Program-made: the position numbers and the translations under genes
The notes under the pieces: generated by a model
Seen by the model: only the letters and a program-made list of their open reading frames with translations
The model's database searches: none
Told to the model about the DNA's origin: nothing
Part shown: piece by piece, positions 48,582 to 56,404 of the stretch
How the letters are laid out: each line of letters starts with the position of its first letter
Numbering within the stretch: position 1 is the first letter of the stretch
Source of the DNA: a virus
Direction: 5' to 3' (one strand)
UHGV virus genome: UHGV-1372779
Length of the DNA: 64,000 nt

Positions 48582-48660
48582 TGCGGGTGGGTGAAATGGA
48601 TATACAAATCATTCCAGCCTCATAAGCTGGAGATACTAGGTTCGATTCCTAGACCCGCTA
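48582..48660 (+). tRNA. tRNA with CAU anticodon (Met or Ile2); U1-U72 terminal mismatch
   Basis: Anticodon arm ccagc-cuCAUaa-gctgg. T-arm ctaggttcgattcctag. Confidence 0.6.
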
Positions 48661-48690
48661 CAAAAGTCACTTACAATACTGCATATTTAA

Positions 48691-48762
48691 GAACGAATAG
48701 CTTAGCGGATAAAGCAATTATCTTGGATATAATAGTTCTGGGTTCGATTCCCAGTTTGTTTA
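48691..48762 (+). tRNA. tRNA-Pro (anticodon UGG), AT-rich
   Basis: Acceptor gaacgaa/tttgttt (G-U pairs). Anticodon arm attat-cuUGGau-ataat. T-arm ctgggttcgattcccag. Preceded by the ACTTACAATA motif at 48669. Confidence 0.6.
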
Positions 48763-48771
48763 GTAAAATTA

Positions 48772-48984
48772 GTGACTATTTTTAAATTAAAATCAAAATC
48801 AAAGATTATGGAAACTTATATTAAAATGTATAAACAAAGATATTATGGTTATTACTGTAATATGTGTAAGGATTTAGGAATTAAACCTGTTCCATACTGT
48901 GACTTTGATAAGAATTTATACAAAGAAACAAAACTTTTATTAAAAGATTCAATATTTTGGGCTAGTTCTGGATTTGACAGGTGA
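48772..48984 (+). CDS. Hypothetical protein (70 aa)
   Basis: Small ORF after the tRNA cluster. Confidence 0.3.
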   Translation: MTIFKLKSKSKIMETYIKMYKQRYYGYYCNMCKDLGIKPVPYCDFDKNLYKETKLLLKDSIFWASSGFDR

Positions 48985-49719
48985 TTAGAACAGTATTAAG
49001 ACATGTAGGAAGGCAGTTTCCTTATAAAGGCAAAACTAATAAATGCTAAAGGTAGAGTAATCTCCTTCTCTAGACCTGCAGCTATTGCAGCGTAAGAGTT
49101 GGGTTGTCAACTGACCTAGAAACAGAATAGTTGTAAATATTAAAAAAGGATTGTATTAATATAAGCAAACCAGAATCCTTGAACCTGTGAATCTCTAGGT
49201 TGTAAATATATTTTTTATATTTCCCTTTTAGAAGGTGACAGACCATTGGGTAATTCCATAGGAGCGCTGTTAGGCTTATGAAGTTTCCTTATTCTTTAAA
49301 AATAAGGTGGTGGAGTAGTAATCCATGATTACCCCAAAGTTTGGTAGTTTGTGTATAGCTGAAAAATGGACAGTTGTGTGATATTGTATAAGCACACAAG
49401 TCAGTAAAACTATCTATAATTGATCTATGTGATTTATAGATCATAAACATGTATATCTTAATACTAAGTAAATTGTCTGGACCGGAGTTCGACTCTCCGC
49501 TAGTCCACGGGAACAAGTTAGGTGTGCTCAGGGTAAAGCTCTGAGGGTTAGATATGGATGGAATCAGAAGTACTAGTCTCCTTCTGGATTGAACTAAGAA
49601 AAGAGTATATAAGCATAGTGGACGCACTAAATTTGTGAAATTACTCCACCAAAAGAGATTTTGGTCTAGTAGCATCTAACTTTTTTAAAAATATTAACAT
49701 TTTAAATAACAAAAACAGT
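48985..49719. ncRNA. 735-bp ORF-free structured region: degenerate group I intron-like element or other structured RNA
   Basis: No plausible ORF (only a low-complexity minus-strand ORF). Contains group-I-like blocks: ATTGCAGCG..GGGTTGTCAAC (P-element-like, 49093..49120), GATATGGATGGAATCAGAAGTACTAGTC (J6/7-R-like, 49551..49578) and AAGCATAGTGGAC (S-like, about 49618). Long-range pairing GGTGGAG-TAG-TAAT (49308..) with ATTACTCCACC (49640..). tRNA-T-arm-like hairpin tggac-cggagttcgactctccg-ctag-tcca at 49479..49508. Confidence 0.35.
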
Positions 49720-50166
49720 ATGGAAAGAATTAACTTCACAGAAGAGAACTTAGCTCAGCTAAAAGATCTTGCAGTAGAGTTCTTATTTAATAGAACTACA
49801 TTTAATGGTCCTATGAGTACTCAATATGATGTAACTCAAGTGATACATGACACTACTATGAGTTCTTTAAAGTCTATGTTCAATAGCATTAAATCTGCAA
49901 TAGATAAGAAATCTAATGTAAGTAGATGGACTACTTCAGCTGCAGAACAAAAAGAATTGAAGATTCTTGAGGATAAGAAAGAGTTCTTAGACCTACTAAT
50001 GGGATATAAACTCTATCAAGCTCAGGAAGCTGAAGTTGCCAGAGAAGCAGAAGCTCTTAGAGCTGAGATTAAATCTCTTGAGGAAGATACAAAAACTCCT
50101 GAAGAGAAGCTTAAAGAGAAGAAAGAAGCTTTATCTAAGTTAGAAAATTTCTTCAAAATGGTTTAG
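49720..50166 (+). CDS. Hypothetical coiled-coil protein (148 aa)
   Basis: ORF with its own ATG immediately after an in-frame stop. Confidence 0.45.
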   Translation: MERINFTEENLAQLKDLAVEFLFNRTTFNGPMSTQYDVTQVIHDTTMSSLKSMFNSIKSAIDKKSNVSRWTTSAAEQKELKILEDKKEFLDLLMGYKLYQAQEAEVAREAEALRAEIKSLEEDTKTPEEKLKEKKEALSKLENFFKMV

Positions 50167-50312
50167 GTTTATAAAACAGTAGCAAGGTTATAGTTTATAT
50201 TTCTTGCTACTGCATGTTACTTACAATCTAACAAACTTGTCTGATCTGCAAGTAAAAAAGGATCTCCATAGCTATCATCTTTATTAATAATTAAGTTTAA
50301 TCAAGTAACATT

Positions 50313-51836
50313 ATGAAAGTAGAATTAAATAACAAAGAAACAAATCCTTTTTCTGGGTTAAGAAACTGTTTGAAGATTTTTAACAACGGTGGTCAAGGCA
50401 TTACATTAAGTCAAGATGATTTAAATAAAGCCTGGGAAGAGGTAAAAGATAGTAAAGAGAAGAAAGAGATGTTTTTCTCTCTATTATTCTCATTAGGAGA
50501 TATTACTGCCAGACAACACAACATCTTTAGAGGTCAAAAAGTTGATTCTGGAGGTAATTCTCAAAGGGAAATTTTTTTCAACTGTATGGAGTGGATGAAA
50601 AAGAATATCCCAGATCAATTCTTTAAATTCATGAAATCTCATTTATTTAATGAGTACACTTGTTTTGATAATCTATTTAGGAATAGAGTCCAAACTCAGG
50701 GTAAGAAGATCATATCTATTAAATCTGTGTTGAACACATCTGATAATAGATATTTCAATGAGTTATTAGATTACACTGAATCTATTATCAAAGGTAAGAA
50801 TCCTTATGATAAGATGCTTGTAGCTAAATTCTTAACTCTTCCTAGATTATCACCAAGAAAAGAGCATAAACAAATGCTTCCTCAAACTAAAGAATTGATG
50901 AAAGCAAAGGCTAAATTCTTAGAAGAATTATCTAAGAGAATGAATTGGCCTTATAAAATTGAAGGAAATATACTAAACTTCAAAGGATATAGAGAGTGGA
51001 GGAAGGAATACAACTCTACATTAGAATCTGTTCTTTTCAGTACTGGAAAGATTAAAGATTTTGATGAAATTCAGTTTTTGGAATGGTTGGATAGAATCCC
51101 TGCACAAGCTAGATTCAGAGTGAGAAACAGAATCATGTTTGAGAAAGAGGGAACATTTAAATATCCTAAACTGAAAGAGTGGTATGAAAAGTGGGAGAAA
51201 TACAAAGAAGAGAAACAGGCAGAGCAAAGAGTTCTTGAAGAGAAAGTTCGCCAAGGACAGGCTAGTGTAGAGGATAAAGTTAAATTGGAAAAGGTTAAAA
51301 AAGAAGCCAAGGTAACAGTTGGATCTACTAACTTCCAAGAACTTTATAAAGAGATCCTTAGTGGAAGGATTGATAAACTTAAATTGGAGTCTTTTGTGAA
51401 TAACAAAGTAAGTCTTCAATATAATAGTTTAGTGATTATTGATGACTCCGGATCTATGGGTGGTGCGCCTTTTAACTTTGCTAAATTTATTGCATCTGTT
51501 TGTCTTGTTAAAAATCCAGATGATGATGGAAGAAACCTTTTAGGATTCTTCAATTATGATTCTAGACTATACGGAAGTATGGATAGAGCTGGAAGTAAGA
51601 CTCCTAATAGCTTAATGAGATCAAGTGTGAAGAATATTGTTAAGAAGCCTTTTGTAGATCCTCATAAGAGTTTCTATGAAAACTATCAAAACATTTCTTC
51701 ATTCTGCCAAGGTGTATTCCAAGGTGGAGGTACTAGAATAAATAGTATCCCAAAAGGATTTGCTGAACAAGCTAATAATAATCCTGTATTATTAGATGAA
51801 CTTATGCAATACCCAGTTTGGACAATTGTTAGTGAT
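50313..51836 (+). CDS. Ro60/Rsr-like protein, exon 1: helical N-terminal (TROVE-like) region plus first part of vWA domain
   Basis: About 370 aa helical N-terminal region, then a vWA domain starting VIIDDSGSMGG (MIDAS DxSGS at residues 376..381) with GGGTR downstream. Ends ...YPVWTIVSD followed by a stop at the intron boundary. Confidence 0.45.
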
Positions 51837-53045
51837 TAAATTCTATTCATAGTCACTCCCAATAGTAATATTGGTGTAAAAATGCTTTAAATTGCGGGAA
51901 ACTCCTTAGAGACTAATTAACTAAGTATAAACAGTGATGTTTATATGGCCTTATTAATGATTAAGGGTATAGTAAAATCAATTAGTATTGGAAAATCCGC
52001 AGCCAAATCTCTTTTATAAAATAATTTAATAAATTCTACAATCATTTTGATTTCTGAATTTAATTGTTTATATTTGTATTATGTTAAACTAATACAAATA
52101 AACATGAGAAAATTAGAACAAAATGAAATTAATAAAATTCTTCAGCTTTACACTGAAGAAAAATATTCAATATCTAAAATAAGAGCACTTTTCAAACTTC
52201 AATTTGATGATGTAAAACATATTCTAGAAGAAAACGGAATAAAGACAAAATCTCAAAGAGAAAGTAGAAAGACTTATGATTATAATGAAAACTATTTTTC
52301 TGAAATAAACACAAAAGATAAAGCCTATTGGTTAGGATTTATTTACGCTGATGGATTTATTACTAAAAAGGCTAAAGGAAGTCCAGTTTTTGGAATGACT
52401 TTAGGAGAAATAGAGCCATTAGAAAAGTTAAATAAATATATGGATTCTAACAAACCTATAGGAATATATAAGAAGAAAAATAGTTATTCTGAAAAATCTA
52501 TTGAATATAAATTAGCTTTCTGTTCTCCTAAATTAGTTTCAGATTTAGAGAAATGGGGAGTTGTAGAAAACAAAACATTCAAATTAAAATTTCCTAACTT
52601 TCTATCTCCAAACCTCATTCCTCATTTTATTAGAGGGTATTTTGATGGAGATGGGAGTGTATATCTTCACATTCAAAAAACTAAGGATAAGGAATATATA
52701 TTCTTGGGTTCCCAGTTTTGCGGAACCAAAAGTTTTCTTTCAGACTTATCTAAATATATAAACTTAGAAACTTGCTTATATAAAGATAGTAGAAAACAAA
52801 CTGATTGTTGGAGGATACAATTAAATTCAAACATAAGAAGCTTAACCTTATATCATTATTTATATAATAATTGTGAAGATTTATTCTTATCAAGAAAAAG
52901 GGAAAAATTTGAAAATTTTATAAAAGAGAGAGGTTCAACGACTACAATAAGCAATCCTATCTATGGTGATCCAGAATATTTAACTCTGTGTTATCTAGAG
53001 GATTAAGGTATAGTCTAATCTTATATGAAAGTATAAGTAGTTATG
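51837..53045 (+). mobile_element. Group I intron with LAGLIDADG homing endonuclease ORF
   Basis: AAATTGCGGGAAA (51893..51905) is identical to the Tetrahymena-type P element. Q-like AATCCGCAGCCAA at about 51993. GACTA/TAGTC P7 candidates at 51915 and 53012. Near-identical GATTAAGG(G)TATAGT blocks at 51962 and 53002 flank the endonuclease ORF. The 5' exon ends in U and the intron ends in G (53045). Confidence 0.6.
52047..53006 (+). CDS. LAGLIDADG homing endonuclease (319 aa)
   Basis: Two LAGLIDADG motifs: YWLGFIYADGFI and IRGYFDGDGSV. Confidence 0.8.
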   Translation: MISEFNCLYLYYVKLIQINMRKLEQNEINKILQLYTEEKYSISKIRALFKLQFDDVKHILEENGIKTKSQRESRKTYDYNENYFSEINTKDKAYWLGFIYADGFITKKAKGSPVFGMTLGEIEPLEKLNKYMDSNKPIGIYKKKNSYSEKSIEYKLAFCSPKLVSDLEKWGVVENKTFKLKFPNFLSPNLIPHFIRGYFDGDGSVYLHIQKTKDKEYIFLGSQFCGTKSFLSDLSKYINLETCLYKDSRKQTDCWRIQLNSNIRSLTLYHYLYNNCEDLFLSRKREKFENFIKERGSTTTISNPIYGDPEYLTLCYLED

Positions 53046-53354
53046 GGTGAATGGAATAATATGTATTCTCCAGAAGCTTCGATGAATGAATTCTTCAGAG
53101 ATTGTGAGAATCTTTTAGGATTTAGACCATTTATCATTGCGATAGATATTCAAAATCCTAATTGGGCATATCAGACATTTAAAGCTGATAGATTCACTGG
53201 TATAGATAATATGATCTATATTCCAAGTAACCCAGCTCAAATTGAGCAAATTCTTACAAATTTCAAGGACATTGAAATCTTTGATGTCTATACTCCGTTA
53301 CTCTCTTTATACAGAAGTAATAGATATGATCTAGTAAGGACTAATGTAATTTAG
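53046..53354 (+). CDS. Ro60/Rsr-like protein, exon 2 (C-terminal part of vWA domain)
   Basis: Joining ...TIVSD to GEWNNMYS... recreates the vWA h-h-h-(T/S)DG-x-x-N motif (IVSDGEWN). Continues with FIIAIDIQNP... Confidence 0.5.
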   Translation, partial: GEWNNMYSPEASMNEFFRDCENLLGFRPFIIAIDIQNPNWAYQTFKADRFTGIDNMIYIPSNPAQIEQILTNFKDIEIFDVYTPLLSLYRSNRYDLVRTNVI

Positions 53355-53429
53355 TCCTTACTATTAAAATGACTCAATTATTATAAAGAACAATACAGAT
53401 ACTTACAATATTACAAGAATCAATTTATG

Positions 53430-53454
53430 CAGGTTCAACTCCTGTCTTTTGCAT
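53430..53454 (+). pseudogene. tRNA 3' fragment (T-arm plus 3' acceptor strand) without upstream D/anticodon arms
   Basis: gcaggttcaactcctgt plus cttttgc plus a. The complementary 5' strand gcagaag, with a D-arm and a cuGAGaa anticodon arm, lies just downstream (53466..53510). This could be a permuted or rearranged gene. Confidence 0.35.
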
Positions 53455-53589
53455 TAGCAGAAGTGGCGAAATTGGTATACGCACTGGTCTGAGAAACTAG
53501 GAATATAATATTCAATAGTATCTATTTATGACTTTTCTTTTCCTTGCATGATATACTGATACTTACAAAATCAAAACCATCTGTGGGTC

Positions 53590-53648
53590 GAGGGTTCGAA
53601 TCCTTCAAATCGCGCGTTTTGCGAATTTAGCTCAGTAGGTTTAGAGCA
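53590..53648 (+). pseudogene. tRNA 3' fragment followed by a tRNA 5' fragment (acceptor plus D-arm only)
   Basis: gagggttcgaatccttc-aaatcgc-g, then gcgaatt-ta-gctcagtaggtttagagca. The two acceptor strands are complementary except for one A-A. No anticodon arm follows. Confidence 0.35.
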
Positions 53649-53731
53649 ATAGACAAAAAAGTATCATTCAGATAAGGAAATAATATTTTAGAATAAAAAT
53701 TATAAAGTCACTTACAATATTATCATAATTC

Positions 53732-53805
53732 GTAGAAATAACTCAATAGGATAGAGTACAAAACTTATAATTTTGGTGTTCAGGGTTCGATCCCCTGTTT
53801 TTACA
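53732..53805 (+). tRNA. tRNA-Ile (anticodon UAU), AT-rich
   Basis: Acceptor gtagaaa/tttttac. D-arm actc-aataggata-gagt. Anticodon arm caaaa-cuUAUaa-ttttg. T-arm cagggttcgatcccctg. Confidence 0.6.
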
Positions 53806-53840
53806 GTGTAATTATTATAGTGACTAATTTTATATTTTAA

Positions 53841-53952
53841 GGGGATGGTTTATAACTATTAGTAAATTTATATTTACTTACAAAATCATAAACTGTACGG
53901 AAAAATTTACACCACAAATGTAAACAAGCAGGTTCGAATCCTGCCATCCCCG
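53841..53952 (+). ncRNA. 112-nt tRNA-like RNA (Y-RNA/YrlA-like candidate) with perfect acceptor-type stem ggggatg/catcccc
   Basis: Terminal 7-bp stem plus discriminator g. Canonical T-arm gcaggttcgaatcctgc. Anticodon-arm-like hairpin tttaca-ccacaaa-tgtaaa. No D-arm. Contains the internal ACTTACAAAATC motif. Confidence 0.45.
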
Positions 53953-53980
53953 CAAAAGCTACTTACAATAAGATTTAAAT

Positions 53981-54053
53981 ATAACAATAGCTCAGTTGGT
54001 TGAGCAAATTTTTGGTAAAAATTAGGTCGTAGGTTCAAGTCCTACTTGTTAAA
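53981..54053 (+). tRNA. tRNA-Thr (anticodon GGU)
   Basis: Acceptor ataacaa/ttgttaa. D-arm gctc-agttggtt-gagc. Anticodon arm aattt-uuGGUaa-aaatt. T-arm gtaggttcaagtcctac. Confidence 0.65.
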
Positions 54054-54082
54054 TAAATTTAAAAGTAGCTATTTTATAACTT

Positions 54083-54199
54083 GGGGAGGTTGAAATGTTG
54101 GAGTAAGAGTATCAGTTCATTGTGATACTTACAAAATCAAATTAATTTCGAATAAATTTGGGTTTTATCTTAACGCAGGTTCGATTCCTGTCCTCCCCA
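54083..54199 (+). ncRNA. 117-nt tRNA-like RNA (Y-RNA/YrlA-like candidate) with perfect acceptor-type stem ggggagg/cctcccc
   Basis: Terminal 7-bp stem plus discriminator a. T-arm gcaggttcgattcctgt. Internal ACTTACAAAATC motif. No canonical D or anticodon arms. Confidence 0.45.
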
Positions 54200-54241
54200 C
54201 TACGTTTCGTAAGAGCAAATAGTCAGACACTTACAATACTA

Positions 54242-54314
54242 TAAATTGTAGCTCATTGGGTAGAGCATTTGATTTTTAATCAAAGGGTAGTGGGTTCAAG
54301 TCCCATCTTAGTGT
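54242..54314 (+). pseudogene. tRNA-Lys(UUU)-like body with non-complementary acceptor strands (pseudo-tRNA or non-canonical)
   Basis: D-arm tagctcattgggtagagca. Anticodon arm tttga-uuUUUaa-tcaaa. T-arm gtgggttcaagtcccat is identical to that of tRNA-Lys at 59069. 5' taaattg and 3' cttagtg do not pair. Outer stem cagacact/agtgtctg flanks the unit. Confidence 0.35.
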
Positions 54315-54326
54315 CTGTTTTTAAAT

Positions 54327-54398
54327 TGAGACATCGTATAATGGTTAATACATCAGATTTTGATTCTGAGAATCTAGGTTCGAATCCTAGTGCCTCAA
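54327..54398 (+). tRNA. tRNA-Gln (anticodon UUG)
   Basis: Acceptor tgagaca/tgcctca (one mismatch). D-arm gtat-aatggtta-atac. Anticodon arm tcaga-uuUUGau-tctga. T-arm ctaggttcgaatcctag. Confidence 0.55.
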
Positions 54399-54488
54399 CA
54401 TTTATTCTTGTTTATTGTTCCATATGTGTTATTGGATGAGTGTATAGGTAGAAATACTTATACACTCTTTTTATTTAAAATTAGTTAT

Positions 54489-55940
54489 ATGTTATTTAAG
54501 AAAGAATATAAGATAGGAGATGTAGTTACATTTTTCCTTAGAGATGGTAAAGAAGAATTTATTGCCACTTTTAAAGTTGAGCTTGAGTCACTGCCTACAG
54601 TATCATTTTATTATTTAAAAGGATTTACTGAAAAATATGGTGAAGAGTATGGTAGTCATTATTCCACTTGGAATAAAATTCTTTCCATGTATGAAAGTTG
54701 GGCGGTACAGGCAAGTGAGAGAACTTTAAAAAATCTTGTTAAAGATTGTCAAGATCAAAAGTCATTCAAATGTAATTGTCCTGAGGGAAGTATATCACCA
54801 GAATTTGCTAATCTGGGAGAGTTAAATGTTTTCATTAGGGCTTTTAGATTATTATTAATAGATAAGTACCTTAATCTTTGTTCTACTTCAGAATCTATAC
54901 AAAAATTAATAAGCAAAGCTAATGAAAACTATGAAGAATTCTCTTCAACTATTTACAAAGATACCTTATCTTATAGTCAGGCAAAGGAGTATTTATACCG
55001 GTATGTTACTTATAAAAATTCCATTCAAGAACAACCTATTAATATAATAGGTAATGGAACAATTACAGCATCTACTATATCTCCTCAGGAATTTACAATT
55101 ACTCAAGTTAAGAAAGAAGAAGAAAAACCTGTTATAAAAGAAAATTTAATTATGAAAGAAGATGTATTATTCTCAAAAGAAGGAAAAGAAGCAACTTTTG
55201 CAAATCCGTTAAACAATATCTTTGGAAATATGTTCAAAGGTATGAATATGCAAGGAGCTAACATTGAATTTGGATTTATTCAAGATCAATCAATTGCTAT
55301 CTCACCTAAAGGAATCGCATTTTTTGATCCAGAAACTCAAGGATACAAAGCATGGGATGCCAATAATAAAGAGTTAGTAGATATGGGAACTTTTGCTATG
55401 CAAGGTATCTTTATGAAAGTTCCTGTGAAGAGAGAAAGTCTTAAAGAAGGAGATATTCTTCTCATTCAAGATGAGTACAGAATCTTTGATGGTTTTGCTA
55501 CTAAGACCATGAAATTGATTAACCCTCTTACAGGAGTACAGACTAATAAACAAAAACAAACTAACATTTTGAATTTTAATGTATTCATTAAAGTTGTTTG
55601 TGCAATGAATCCCTTTGCTAAAGGAACTATGAATGAATTCATGAAAATTAGCATGATGAGTTCTATGTTTGGAGGTCAAGGAATGCAGGGAATGTTTGGA
55701 GGTAATTGTGGAGGAGATATGGTATCTCAGATGTTCCAACTACAAATGTTAAGTAGTCTTTTTGGAAATGGTAAAGGATTTGATCTAAATTTCGATATGG
55801 ATTTTGGATCTGTTTTTGATTCAGTGTTAGGAACTGAAGCTACTGAAGAATCAGAGTTGAAAAAGAAGCTCAAGGCTCTTGAAAAAGAAAATGCTAAACT
55901 CAAAGCAGCAAAAGAAGAACTTAAAGATAAAGAAGATTAA
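54489..55940 (+). CDS. Hypothetical protein with Met/Gly/Gln-rich segment and C-terminal coiled coil (about 484 aa from ATG 54489)
   Basis: The track ORF starts at 54390 and overlaps tRNA-Gln. The first in-frame ATG outside the tRNA is 54489 (MLFKKEYKIG..). Confidence 0.45.
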   Translation: MLFKKEYKIGDVVTFFLRDGKEEFIATFKVELESLPTVSFYYLKGFTEKYGEEYGSHYSTWNKILSMYESWAVQASERTLKNLVKDCQDQKSFKCNCPEGSISPEFANLGELNVFIRAFRLLLIDKYLNLCSTSESIQKLISKANENYEEFSSTIYKDTLSYSQAKEYLYRYVTYKNSIQEQPINIIGNGTITASTISPQEFTITQVKKEEEKPVIKENLIMKEDVLFSKEGKEATFANPLNNIFGNMFKGMNMQGANIEFGFIQDQSIAISPKGIAFFDPETQGYKAWDANNKELVDMGTFAMQGIFMKVPVKRESLKEGDILLIQDEYRIFDGFATKTMKLINPLTGVQTNKQKQTNILNFNVFIKVVCAMNPFAKGTMNEFMKISMMSSMFGGQGMQGMFGGNCGGDMVSQMFQLQMLSSLFGNGKGFDLNFDMDFGSVFDSVLGTEATEESELKKKLKALEKENAKLKAAKEELKDKED

Positions 55941-56126
55941 GATTTAGATAGGAATAATTTTTATGAAAATTTCTTATAAAATTATTTGGAATTTGAAAAT
56001 TATTACCTTATCTTTGTATTCATCTTCGATAAGATAAACTGTTGAAAGGAATATAATAGTTCCAAGTAAATAAAGGATGAGAGTTTCATAAAATATTATC
56101 ATATTTTACTTTAAATCATCCTAAAT

Positions 56127-56201
56127 GGGTTCTTAGCCAAGTAGGTAAAGGCACCTGACTCATAATCAGGAGATACGCTGGTTCGATCCCAGCAGAGCCC
56201 A
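56127..56201 (+). tRNA. tRNA with CAU anticodon (Met or Ile2)
   Basis: Acceptor gggttct/agagccc. D-arm tagccaagtaggtaaaggca. Anticodon arm cctga-cuCAUaa-tcagg. T-arm gctggttcgatcccagc. Confidence 0.7.
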
Positions 56202-56211
56202 CATATACTAT

Positions 56212-56287
56212 ATAGGTGTAGTTCAGTTGGTAGAACGCTGCATTTGGGATGCAGAGGCCGCTAGTTCAAGTCTAGTCACCTATACCA
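56212..56287 (+). tRNA. tRNA-Pro-like (anticodon UGG) with genomically encoded 3' CCA
   Basis: Perfect acceptor ataggtg/cacctat plus a plus CCA. D-arm gttc-agttggta-gaac. Anticodon arm ctgca-uuUGGga-tgcag. T-arm gctagttcaagtctagt. Confidence 0.55.
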
Positions 56288-56404
56288 AGATTGTAATCAT
56301 TGATACTTTAAATCCAAGTTGGTGGTAAGGACTTTAACATCACTTTATACTTTGTTGTATAATAAACCCATGTGAGTAGTATTTAAAATGGAGGCTCACA
56401 AATT

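Larger units (their letters stand above)
53401..54238 (+). repeat. Conserved ACTTACAA(T/A)A motif family preceding tRNA/tRNA-like genes, with flanking inverted repeats
   Basis: Instances at 53401, 53561, 53710, 53876, 53961, 54127 and 54229, plus 48669 before tRNA-Pro. Two subtypes: ..CAATA about 10 nt before canonical tRNAs, and ..CAAAATC inside tRNA-like units. Each tRNA is additionally bracketed by inverted repeats (AAAGTCACT ... AGTGACT; CAGACACT ... AGTGTCTG). TACAAT resembles a -10 hexamer. Confidence 0.6.

Noticed and set aside
48573-48785. 70-aa ORF MPTCGWVKW...
   Set aside because: It completely overlaps tRNA-Met(CAU) and tRNA-Pro, and is an artefact of translating through tRNA genes. 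The same applies to minus-strand ORFs 49289..49675, 57170..57352 and 57505..57726 in RNA-rich spacers, and 45765..46028 and 41726..41917.
49060-49075. tctagacctgcag (XbaI plus PstI sites) suggesting cloning-vector polylinker contamination
   Set aside because: The pUC-type polylinker would include GTCGAC between the two sites and flanking BamHI and SphI sites. None of these is present, and the surrounding sequence is phage-like.
49470-49520. tmRNA (T-arm-like ccggagttcgactctccg followed by acceptor-like strand)
   Set aside because: No complementary 5' acceptor strand, no tag-peptide reading frame ending in AA-stop, and the T-arm is not at the 3' end of a roughly 360-nt unit.
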